Assembly: GCA_965209055.1 (NCBI GenBank)
Contig: OZ242374.1
Location: 1,280,001-1,344,000 of the forward strand
Direction: 5' to 3'
DNA: 64,000 nucleotides
DNA from: Acidobacteriota bacterium
GTDB taxonomy: Bacteria > Acidobacteriota > UBA6911 > RPQK01 > JAJDTT01
The notes under the pieces are model-generated. The model searched no databases and was not told the DNA's origin. It was given only the letters and a program-made list of their open reading frames with translations. Position 1 is the stretch's first letter; each line of letters starts with the position of its first letter. This document shows, piece by piece, positions 33,665 through 41,637 of the stretch. The position numbers and the translations under genes are program-made.

Positions 33665-35296
33665 TCATTCCAACTCGAAGCTGAAGAGTGTGGTCCCGGC
33701 GGTGATGGCCAGGTGCTGCTTGCCCTGGTTGAGGTAGGTGATGGGATTGGTGGCGATCATGCCGCCCAGTTGGGCGAACCAGAGCTCCTCCCCGGTGCGG
33801 GCGTCCAAGGCGAAGAACTGGCCGTCGGTGGTCCCTCCGAAGGCGAGGTCGCCGGCGGTGGTGAGAACACCGGCCCAGGGGACGGTCAGCATGGGATACT
33901 CCCACTTGAGCTCGCCCGTCTCCGGGACCAGGGCCCGGATCGCTCCCCTTCCCGGCGGCTCTTCGGACGCTCCTTGAACCAATCCGCCCCAGTAGGGAAG
34001 CCCCGGCGTGTAATCGGCCTCACCCTTGAAGAAGAGATTGGGCAGCTCCCAGACCGGCACGTAGAAGAGATCGGTGCGGGGACTGTAGGAAGGAGAGTAC
34101 CAGTTGGTGCCCCCCTGGACGCCGGGATAAACCAGCGTCCCCTCCTCGGTGGGCTCCATGTTGGGGACCCGGACCGGGCGGCCGTTCTCGTCGATCCTCT
34201 CCGCCCAGGTGACCTTGACGTAGTTCTTGGCCAGGAGAAACTCTCCGGAGGTCCGGTCCAGGACGTAGTAGAACCCGTTCCGGTTGGCGAAGTACATGAG
34301 CTTCCGCCGGACTCCGCCGAACTCGCCGTCCACCAGCACCGGGATCTGCACCGAGTCCCAATCGTGGACGTCGTGGGGAGTGAACTGGAAATACCAGCGC
34401 ATCTTTCCGGTGTCGGCCTCCACGGCCACGACCGAAGAGGCGTACAGGTTGTCTCCCAGCCGAACGTCGCCGTTCCAGTCGGGGGCGGGATTCCCCGTGC
34501 CCCAGTAGATGAGGTCCAGTTCCGGGTCGTAGGAACCGGTGATCCAGGTCGGCGCTCCACCCTGTTTCCACGAGTCGCCGGACCAGGTCTCGTTGCCCGG
34601 TTCGCCCGGACCGGGAATGGTGTAGAAACGCCAGGCCCGCTCGCCGGTGGCGGCGTCGTAGGCATCCAGAAATCCCCGGATGCCGTATTCCCCGCCCGAG
34701 ATGCCCACGATGATCTTGTCCTTCACGGCCAGCGGCGCCACCGTGATGCTGTAGCCCTCGTCGTACTCGGCCACCTTCGCCTTCCAGACGACGGCTCCCG
34801 TCTTGGCGTCCAGGGCCACGAGTTGGGCGTCCAGCGTTCCCAGGTAGACCCGGCCGTTCAAAATGGCCATTCCCCGGTTCACCTGGCCGCAGCAGACGCT
34901 GACGCGTTCCGGCAGTTTGTGCCGGTACTCCCAGTAGGGCCGGCCGGTCCGGACGTCCAACGCCAGGGCGTCGCTGGGCGGCTGCGTCACGTACATGACG
35001 TCGTTGACCACCAGCGGCGTGGTCTCCACCTTCTCCAGGCTCTTGAACTGGAACGCCCAGTCCAGGCGGAGGCGGTGGACATTGGCGGTGTTGACCTGGT
35101 CCAGGCCGCTGTAGCGCCAACTCCGGTAACCGCCCGAATAGCTGAGCCAGTGTCCCGGCAACTGGTCCGCCGTCAGCAGTTCTTCGGACGTCACCTCTCC
35201 CGAGAGGACCGCCGCTTCCTGCCTGGAAACCGTTCCGCCAGGCTGGCAGGCCGCCGCCAGCAACAGCACCAACCAGATCGCCGAATGCCGTTTCAT
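33665..35296 (-). CDS. PQQ-type (methanol/ethanol family) dehydrogenase, predicted lipoprotein
   Basis: Lipobox LAAAC; RYSGLDQVN; ETTPLV; vicinal CC (VCCGQVNRG); GGEYGIRG; WGTGNPAP; TPHDVHDWD; ALDARTGEELW propeller repeats. Confidence 0.93.
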   Translation of the reverse strand: MKRHSAIWLVLLLAAACQPGGTVSRQEAAVLSGEVTSEELLTADQLPGHWLSYSGGYRSWRYSGLDQVNTANVHRLRLDWAFQFKSLEKVETTPLVVNDVMYVTQPPSDALALDVRTGRPYWEYRHKLPERVSVCCGQVNRGMAILNGRVYLGTLDAQLVALDAKTGAVVWKAKVAEYDEGYSITVAPLAVKDKIIVGISGGEYGIRGFLDAYDAATGERAWRFYTIPGPGEPGNETWSGDSWKQGGAPTWITGSYDPELDLIYWGTGNPAPDWNGDVRLGDNLYASSVVAVEADTGKMRWYFQFTPHDVHDWDSVQIPVLVDGEFGGVRRKLMYFANRNGFYYVLDRTSGEFLLAKNYVKVTWAERIDENGRPVRVPNMEPTEEGTLVYPGVQGGTNWYSPSYSPRTDLFYVPVWELPNLFFKGEADYTPGLPYWGGLVQGASEEPPGRGAIRALVPETGELKWEYPMLTVPWAGVLTTAGDLAFGGTTDGQFFALDARTGEELWFAQLGGMIATNPITYLNQGKQHLAITAGTTLFSFELE

Positions 35297-35301
35297 GGAC
35301 G

Positions 35302-36111
35302 CTATTTCCTTTTCAGCGAAGCCAGATAGGCCACCAGGTCGTCGACCTCCGTTTCGCTGAGATCGTCCTGATAGGTGGGCATGGCCGAGACCTGGCCCCT
35401 GCGAATCTCTTTCAGGAGTTGCTTGGAATAGGAGAGGAGGCGCTCTTCCTCGTCCATGACCTGGATCGAATAGGTGTCTTCGTTCAGGACCACCCCCTGA
35501 ACGGCGTTTCCGTCGGCCAGGGTGAGGGTGACCGGCCAGTAGCGGCGGGTGCCGTCGACGAAGGTTTCGGAACTGTTTCCGATCTCCGCGCTGGGTTCCA
35601 GGATGGACTCTTTCAGGAAACTGCCGGACCGCTTCCAGCCCACGTCGCTCAAGTCGGGACCCAGACGCCCTCCCTGTCCGTCGACCATGTGACAGCGGGA
35701 GCAGTCCCCTTGCTCCTCGAAGACGACCTTTCCCTTGGCCGGGTCGCCGGGAAGCGTTTCGGGCGTGGAACGGCGGTCCAGTGATCGAATATAGGCGACC
35801 AGTTGCCAGACCTCCCGGTCGGTGAACCGGTGGGCCGCCATGCTGGTCCCGGTGATCCCCTGGCTGACGATGCGGAACAGGGCCGAGTTGCTGTTCCCAT
35901 GACGATACTCGGAACGGGTCAGGTCCGGCCCCGATTCGCCCGTGGCGTCCAGGGCGTGACAGATGGCGCAGTGGTTCCGAAAGTTCCGGGCGCCGTTATT
36001 CAAGTCGGCGACCGAGGTGTAAGAGTTCTCGGCGACCGGCTGTTGCGCCGGCGACTCGTGTGTCAGCGTCAGGATCAGGAAGCCGGCGGTAAGGAGGTTG
36101 GTATTTCTCAA
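35302..36111 (-). CDS. Di-heme c-type cytochrome
   Basis: Signal peptide; two CxxCH (CAICH, CSRCH), each followed by GPDL; SAMP distal Met; TTG start uncertain. Confidence 0.88.
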   Translation of the reverse strand: MRNTNLLTAGFLILTLTHESPAQQPVAENSYTSVADLNNGARNFRNHCAICHALDATGESGPDLTRSEYRHGNSNSALFRIVSQGITGTSMAAHRFTDREVWQLVAYIRSLDRRSTPETLPGDPAKGKVVFEEQGDCSRCHMVDGQGGRLGPDLSDVGWKRSGSFLKESILEPSAEIGNSSETFVDGTRRYWPVTLTLADGNAVQGVVLNEDTYSIQVMDEEERLLSYSKQLLKEIRRGQVSAMPTYQDDLSETEVDDLVAYLASLKRK

Positions 36112-36289
36112 AACGTTTTCAACGTTGTGTTTTTCCTATCCGAACCCCTGCCGGAAGTCAAGGAGCGGGACGGAAAAGGAAGACGTCAACGCCAAAGGAC
36201 GCTCCTCATATTCTTCCGTTAGAGGATCACTATTGTCCTTGTATGATGAAAAATGGTCCGCATTTTACAATCTATAGCAAATATCTTTC

Positions 36290-37309
36290 CTACGGGAATC
36301 TGCGGGAGAGTGTCTCCCAGGCCTCGATCCGGGCCTTCTCCAGCACGTCCTGCAGGCGAACCGGCGCCCCGCCCCGCCGTTTGCTCTCGTCGGCGGCTTC
36401 CATGAAGACGTAGATTTCCAGCGTCGTGGCAGGATCGACCGGCGGAACGCGGGTCTCGAAAAACTCCACGATCCGGGCGACCAGGGGAGGATAGCCGGTG
36501 AAGCCTCCCAGCGGCGCGATGGCGTCACTCCCGAAGACGGTCCCGCCGAATCCCCGCTTCCCGGTCCGGCGCCCCCGAAAGGTGCCGAGCCGCCCGTCGG
36601 ACCACCTTCCCACCACCACGTCGTCACTCGCCGTCGTCATCCGGCTCAGCTCCACGCAGCCGGGCCCCAGGACGGTGTAGAGGGTTTCCACCCCATGAAT
36701 GCCGTACCAGAAGAGATCGGGGTGAGTCGGCTCCAGGGACGCCGGACTGTAGGCGTCGCAGGCCAGGATCTTCCCCACCTTCCCCTTGACCGCTTCCTGG
36801 ACCCCGGCGGCATAGCGCAGGGCGGAAGAGGAGAAGACCGGAGTCCCGTAGCGTTTCGAAAGCTCGTAGATGGCAATCACGTCCGCCAGGCTTCCCGCCA
36901 CCGGCTTGTCGATGAAGACCGGCTTGCCCGCCTTCAGGACCGGCGCGGCCTGCTCCAGGTGGGGACGTCCGTCGTTGGTCTCCAGCAGGACCACGTCCAC
37001 CTTCTCCAGGAGCGCCTCGATGCTGGGCACGATTTCGACACCCATCTCCCGGACCCGCTGCGTGTACTCCGGGACCCGCTTCACGCTCGACTCGATGTCG
37101 AGGCTCCCCTGGGGGTAAGCGGCCACCACACGGCAGCCCGGCACGTGGTCTTCGCCCTCGGGATCGTTGAGAATCCGGGTGAAGTGAACGGAATGGGACG
37201 TGTCGAGACCGATGATTCCGGCCCGGAGCGGCGCGGCCCGCATTCCGGCATCTGTCGACGCAGAAAGGAAGAGGAGCAGAAACAGGAGCGGCGAACCGAT
37301 TCGAGCCAT
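36290..37309 (-). CDS. Gfo/Idh/MocA-like oxidoreductase with N-terminal signal-like segment
   Basis: GIIGLDTSH, DGRPHLEQ, GKPVFIDKP, FSSSALRY, WYGIHGVE; ATG 37309 with GGGGAG RBS (longer ORF start overlaps the tRNA). Confidence 0.88.
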   Translation of the reverse strand: MARIGSPLLFLLLFLSASTDAGMRAAPLRAGIIGLDTSHSVHFTRILNDPEGEDHVPGCRVVAAYPQGSLDIESSVKRVPEYTQRVREMGVEIVPSIEALLEKVDVVLLETNDGRPHLEQAAPVLKAGKPVFIDKPVAGSLADVIAIYELSKRYGTPVFSSSALRYAAGVQEAVKGKVGKILACDAYSPASLEPTHPDLFWYGIHGVETLYTVLGPGCVELSRMTTASDDVVVGRWSDGRLGTFRGRRTGKRGFGGTVFGSDAIAPLGGFTGYPPLVARIVEFFETRVPPVDPATTLEIYVFMEAADESKRRGGAPVRLQDVLEKARIEAWETLSRRFP

Positions 37310-37340
37310 GTTGACTCCCCGTATGAGACGCATGAAAAGG

Positions 37341-37415
<75 letters not shown>

Positions 37416-37427
37416 TCGCCGATCATT

Positions 37428-39068
37428 CTAGCCCGATCTTTCCGCCACCACCAAGTCCTGCTGGTCGATGATGGTGTTCATGGCCTTCCGCAAATCGGTG
37501 AGCGCCAATTGATAGTCGATCTGGGAGCGCAACTCCAAGAGCCGGGCCTCGGCCACGTCCCGCTGGTACTGCAGGAGCTCGAAATTGGTGGAGAGTCCCG
37601 CCTTGAACCGTTTGGTCTCCAGCTCCAACTGCTCTTCGGCGAAACGCACCGACAGCGCGGACATGTCGAGCTCCCGCTTCTGAATGCCGAGACGTTCATA
37701 AGCGTTGCGGACCTCCTCCACGATGAGCTGTTCCTGCTGCCGGGATTCGTGCCGGAGACGGCGCTCGGCGATGGCGGTTTCCGCCATGAGGCCCTCGTTG
37801 CGGCGATTTCTCAAGGGGATCTCCACATCGACGAAGATCCCATAGGAGATATAGTCGAACCCCAGCGCCTGTCCCATGGAATTGCCGAAGTTGCCGTAGA
37901 ATGGGTTCGCCGGATCCGGCTCGCGAGTCAGAGCGCCGAAGAAATCGACGTTCTTGAAGACCTGTCCCGAGCGGCCGTAGGAACCCACGCTGGCTCTCAA
38001 GTTGATCCTGGGCTTGCCCTCCTTCCTGTAGTAATCCCTGTCGATATGATTCTGTTCCAACTGCAGGTTCAGGCGCTCCAGCTCGGGCCGCCGCTTCAAA
38101 GCCTGTTCGATGGCCTCCTCCAAGTTGATGGCCAGGGGCCGGATTCGAGGCCGGTCCGTGGGGATCAATGTCAGATTCCAGAGGGCAGCCGACCGGTCGG
38201 GCGTGAGGAGCTTCTTGACGGCATTCTGCCGTATGACGATCTGGACCTCGGCCTGAATCGTGGCCTGCTCGCGTTTGGACACCTCCGCCCGGGTCCGGCT
38301 GACCTCCATCGGAGCCGAAATGCCCACCGCGACCCTCCGCTTGTTCAGCTCATGCTGCAGAACGGCCTGTTCCCTTGACTGGCGGCGTGTTTCATGGTTG
38401 TCGATGGCCGAGACCAATTCCCAATACTCGGTCTGGAGGCGCAGGATGATGGCCGACACCCTCTCTTTGAACTGGCTCTCGTTGATGCGGCGATCCAGGT
38501 TGTAGATCTTCAATTGCCGTTCCGTCCCGGTTTGCCGGAAGCCGCGCCAAAGGGGTTGGGAGAAAGAGAAGTTGAAGTAGGACTCGTAGTTGGGATTGAT
38601 GATGGAAAACGCGCTGTTGCTGGAGTTGCGGAGATTGTTCAAGGTCAGTTCGAGGTTGCCGCCGCCTTTGACCGGCTGTTGAAGCGATGAGTTGAGCTGA
38701 AACCCGCGCCGGATCGACGTGGGGACGTTGCGGCCCGCGTCCAGAATACTGGTGGCCGGCCACTCGTTGGAATTCCAGCCGGTGGTGAAGCTGAGCATCG
38801 GATCGTAGTCGCCGCGAGTCTGGAATATCCGTTGTTCGGTCAGGTCTTCATTGAAATCCTCGATGGCGATCTCCAAATTGTTGGTCAGAGCCAGACGGAC
38901 GGCCTCCTTCAGGGAGAGATCCATGAATCTTCCCTCGCTTCGAACCCGGTCCACGTAGGGTTCGCTGGCAGGGAATTCCTGGTCCGTATCGGAAGAGCCT
39001 TCGGCCGGAAACAATCCGAGCCAGAGAACGGCCAACAGGGAAAAAGGGGTGCGAACGGCAAACATCAT
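37428..39068 (-). CDS. TolC family outer-membrane efflux protein
   Basis: Signal peptide; LSLKEAVRLALTNN, FSQPLWRG, ALKRRPEL, EIPLRNR, RFKAGLSTNFELLQYQ. Confidence 0.92.
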   Translation of the reverse strand: MMFAVRTPFSLLAVLWLGLFPAEGSSDTDQEFPASEPYVDRVRSEGRFMDLSLKEAVRLALTNNLEIAIEDFNEDLTEQRIFQTRGDYDPMLSFTTGWNSNEWPATSILDAGRNVPTSIRRGFQLNSSLQQPVKGGGNLELTLNNLRNSSNSAFSIINPNYESYFNFSFSQPLWRGFRQTGTERQLKIYNLDRRINESQFKERVSAIILRLQTEYWELVSAIDNHETRRQSREQAVLQHELNKRRVAVGISAPMEVSRTRAEVSKREQATIQAEVQIVIRQNAVKKLLTPDRSAALWNLTLIPTDRPRIRPLAINLEEAIEQALKRRPELERLNLQLEQNHIDRDYYRKEGKPRINLRASVGSYGRSGQVFKNVDFFGALTREPDPANPFYGNFGNSMGQALGFDYISYGIFVDVEIPLRNRRNEGLMAETAIAERRLRHESRQQEQLIVEEVRNAYERLGIQKRELDMSALSVRFAEEQLELETKRFKAGLSTNFELLQYQRDVAEARLLELRSQIDYQLALTDLRKAMNTIIDQQDLVVAERSG

Positions 39069-39281
39069 TGAACTCCTCGCGTCGCTGTTGCATCTTCAAG
39101 TCAGAGGTTCGTCTCAGTTAGAGATGCGTTCGAAGTCCATAAGGATCGGCCGATCCCGATCAGGCCCGGGCACACGGCCGGATTTCAGCGGAGAGCCGCG
39201 TGCCGGAATGGCGTGTTTCCGGACGCTGCTCCCTGTAGACATATTATCCCCCAGACCGTCCTCCCTCCGGGGAGAGTGTTC

Positions 39282-41600
39282 ATGAGAAACACCCTCTTGC
39301 CGCTTGTTCTTCTGTCCTGCACGGCCCTGGCGGCGGCCAACGACCTGGACGGGACCACCCGCATCGTCACGGTCCAGCAGCGGCCCTTCGTCAAGTTCGT
39401 GACCCTCACCGGCGAACTCCAGGCCGGCGATTCCCTGATCGTCTACTCTCCCAGGATTCCCCACCATTGGAACCTGAAACTGAGTCATCTGGCGGACCAG
39501 GGATCCAGGGTCCGGAACGGGGATCTGCTGGTGAAGTTCGACGGCTCCAGCCTGGAGACCGAACGGTTGGACCTGGAGAAGAAACGGGAGGAAGCGCGGC
39601 TCAAGATCGCCCGCAAGGAAGCCGAAATCGGGTCCCAACGGCAGGAGCAACTCCTGCAAAGGGCCACCGCCGAAAAGGAATTGAAGGTCGCCCGGGTCTA
39701 CGCCGGGATTCCGCCCGACCTGGTGCCTCGGGAAGATTCCGAAAAGTACCGGTACGACGTCTCGCAGGCCAGGATCAAGCTGGACAAGGCCGACCAGCAA
39801 CTCGCCAGTCAACAGGAAACCGGACGGGCCGAGTTGGAGGTTCTCGAACTCGACTACCAGCGGGCCGATCTGCAACTCAAACACCTGCTTCAGTCCATGG
39901 ACCGGCTCACGGTCCGGGCGCCCTCCTCCGGACTGGCCGTCCGGGCGCGGCACGACCGGGAAGAGCGCAGGCTCCAGCCGGGAGACGCGGTCTGGGGAGG
40001 GCGTCCGGTCCTGATGCTCCCCAACCTGGATCACCTGGAAGTTGCCGCCGTCGTCTACGACTCCGAGCTCGGCCTGCTGCAGGAAGGGATGCCTGCCGAG
40101 GTGACCCTGGATGCCTATCCCGCCCGCCGCTTCCGCGGACGAGTGCTGCGGGTTTCGGAAGCGGCGAAGGCCAGGTCGCGGAGATCCCGCCTCAAGGTCT
40201 TCGAGGCCCGCGTCTCCCTGCTGGAAACGGATCTGGGCATCATGAAGCCGGGAATGACGGCTCGAGTGAGGATTCCGGTGCCGGTGGGCGAGCGAATGAC
40301 GGCGCCCCGGGAGGCGCTCCACCTGGGGCCCGGCGGCGAGGTCTTCGCGTGGGATGAGACGGGGCGGAAGCTGCCGGTGAAAGTCCTGGATACGACGGAC
40401 CGCTGGGCGTCGGTGGCCGGACTGGATGCCGGACAGAGACTCCTCCTGAATTTCGGCACGGACCCGGGCCGCCAATCGGAGGGGGATTGGATCCGGATGA
40501 AACGGGAGGACTTCACCCTCACCGCGCCCGGCAACGGAGTACTCAATGCGGCGTTGGCGACTTCGATCCAGTCGCCGGCTCTTCCCAACACCTGGAACTA
40601 CAAGGTCACCCACTTGGCGCCCGAGGGAAGCCCGGTGGAAAAAGGGGACGTCGTGGTGCGCTTGGACCCGACGGAAGTCGAGAAGAAACTGCGTCAGGAA
40701 ACGGCCAACGTCGAGAAGGCCCGGGAAGAGTACGAGAAGACCAAGGCGTCTTTGGAGCTGTCGGCACGGGACCTGGACCTGAAGCTGGAGGAAGCCAGGG
40801 CCGATGCTCAGAAGAAGGAGAAACAACTGGTGGAAGCCAGGGAGTTCCAGTCGATCCTCGACGTCAAAAAGGCGGAATACGAGGCGGAATTGGCTCGCCG
40901 CAAGGTCGAGACCCTGGAACTGCAGCGGAGGTTCGTGAAGCAGGACGCCGACCTGCAGCTCAAGATCCTGCAAGACAGCCGGCGGCTCTATGAAGAGAGA
41001 GCCTCCCATCACCGAAAATCGATCCAGGCCATGGAAATCGTCTCACCCCGGGCCGGCACCGTCCTTTACCAGAGGAACTGGCGCAACGAGCCGGTGCGGG
41101 TGGGAAGCGACGTGTACGCGGGCAGGACCATCATGAGCCTCCCCGACCTGTCGAGCCTGGTGGTGGACGCCCGGGTCGCGGAAATCGACGCCGGAAAAGT
41201 CCGCGTCGGCCAGGAAGTCAGAGTCGACCTGGACGCCATTCCGGACCGGACCTTCAAGGGAAGGGTCGCGTCGGTGGCCACCCTCTTCTCTCCGGCCGGC
41301 TTCGATCGGCCCATGAAGGTCCTGGACCTCACGGTAGAGCTGGAGCGCGTGGACCAGGAGAGAATGCGTCCGGGCATGGCCACCCGGATCCGGATCGTCG
41401 TCAACCACTTCCAGGATGTCCTGACCTTGCCCCTGTCGGTCATTCAGACGGAAAATGGCGAGTCCTTCGTCTGGGTGAATCAGGAGGGCGGGCCGGTCAA
41501 GAGGTCCATCAAGTTGGGGCGGGGCAACGGTGTCGTCGCCGTGGTCAAGGAAGGGCTGACGGAGGGAGAGGAGGTCGCCAATGTGCCGGATGCGGGATAA
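39282..41600 (+). CDS. Double-length periplasmic adaptor (two fused HlyD/MacA-like MFP domains)
   Basis: Two full sets of MFP motifs: QGSRVRNGDLLVKFD...VRAPSSG...LDAYP...MKPGMTA and EGSPVEKGDVVVRLD...IVSPRAG...LDAIP...MRPGMAT...GLTEGEEV. Confidence 0.88.
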   Translation: MRNTLLPLVLLSCTALAAANDLDGTTRIVTVQQRPFVKFVTLTGELQAGDSLIVYSPRIPHHWNLKLSHLADQGSRVRNGDLLVKFDGSSLETERLDLEKKREEARLKIARKEAEIGSQRQEQLLQRATAEKELKVARVYAGIPPDLVPREDSEKYRYDVSQARIKLDKADQQLASQQETGRAELEVLELDYQRADLQLKHLLQSMDRLTVRAPSSGLAVRARHDREERRLQPGDAVWGGRPVLMLPNLDHLEVAAVVYDSELGLLQEGMPAEVTLDAYPARRFRGRVLRVSEAAKARSRRSRLKVFEARVSLLETDLGIMKPGMTARVRIPVPVGERMTAPREALHLGPGGEVFAWDETGRKLPVKVLDTTDRWASVAGLDAGQRLLLNFGTDPGRQSEGDWIRMKREDFTLTAPGNGVLNAALATSIQSPALPNTWNYKVTHLAPEGSPVEKGDVVVRLDPTEVEKKLRQETANVEKAREEYEKTKASLELSARDLDLKLEEARADAQKKEKQLVEAREFQSILDVKKAEYEAELARRKVETLELQRRFVKQDADLQLKILQDSRRLYEERASHHRKSIQAMEIVSPRAGTVLYQRNWRNEPVRVGSDVYAGRTIMSLPDLSSLVVDARVAEIDAGKVRVGQEVRVDLDAIPDRTFKGRVASVATLFSPAGFDRPMKVLDLTVELERVDQERMRPGMATRIRIVVNHFQDVLTLPLSVIQTENGESFVWVNQEGGPVKRSIKLGRGNGVVAVVKEGLTEGEEVANVPDAG

Positions 41601-41637
41601 GGGATTCGATCCCTGCCGGCAACGACGGGTATCCAAC

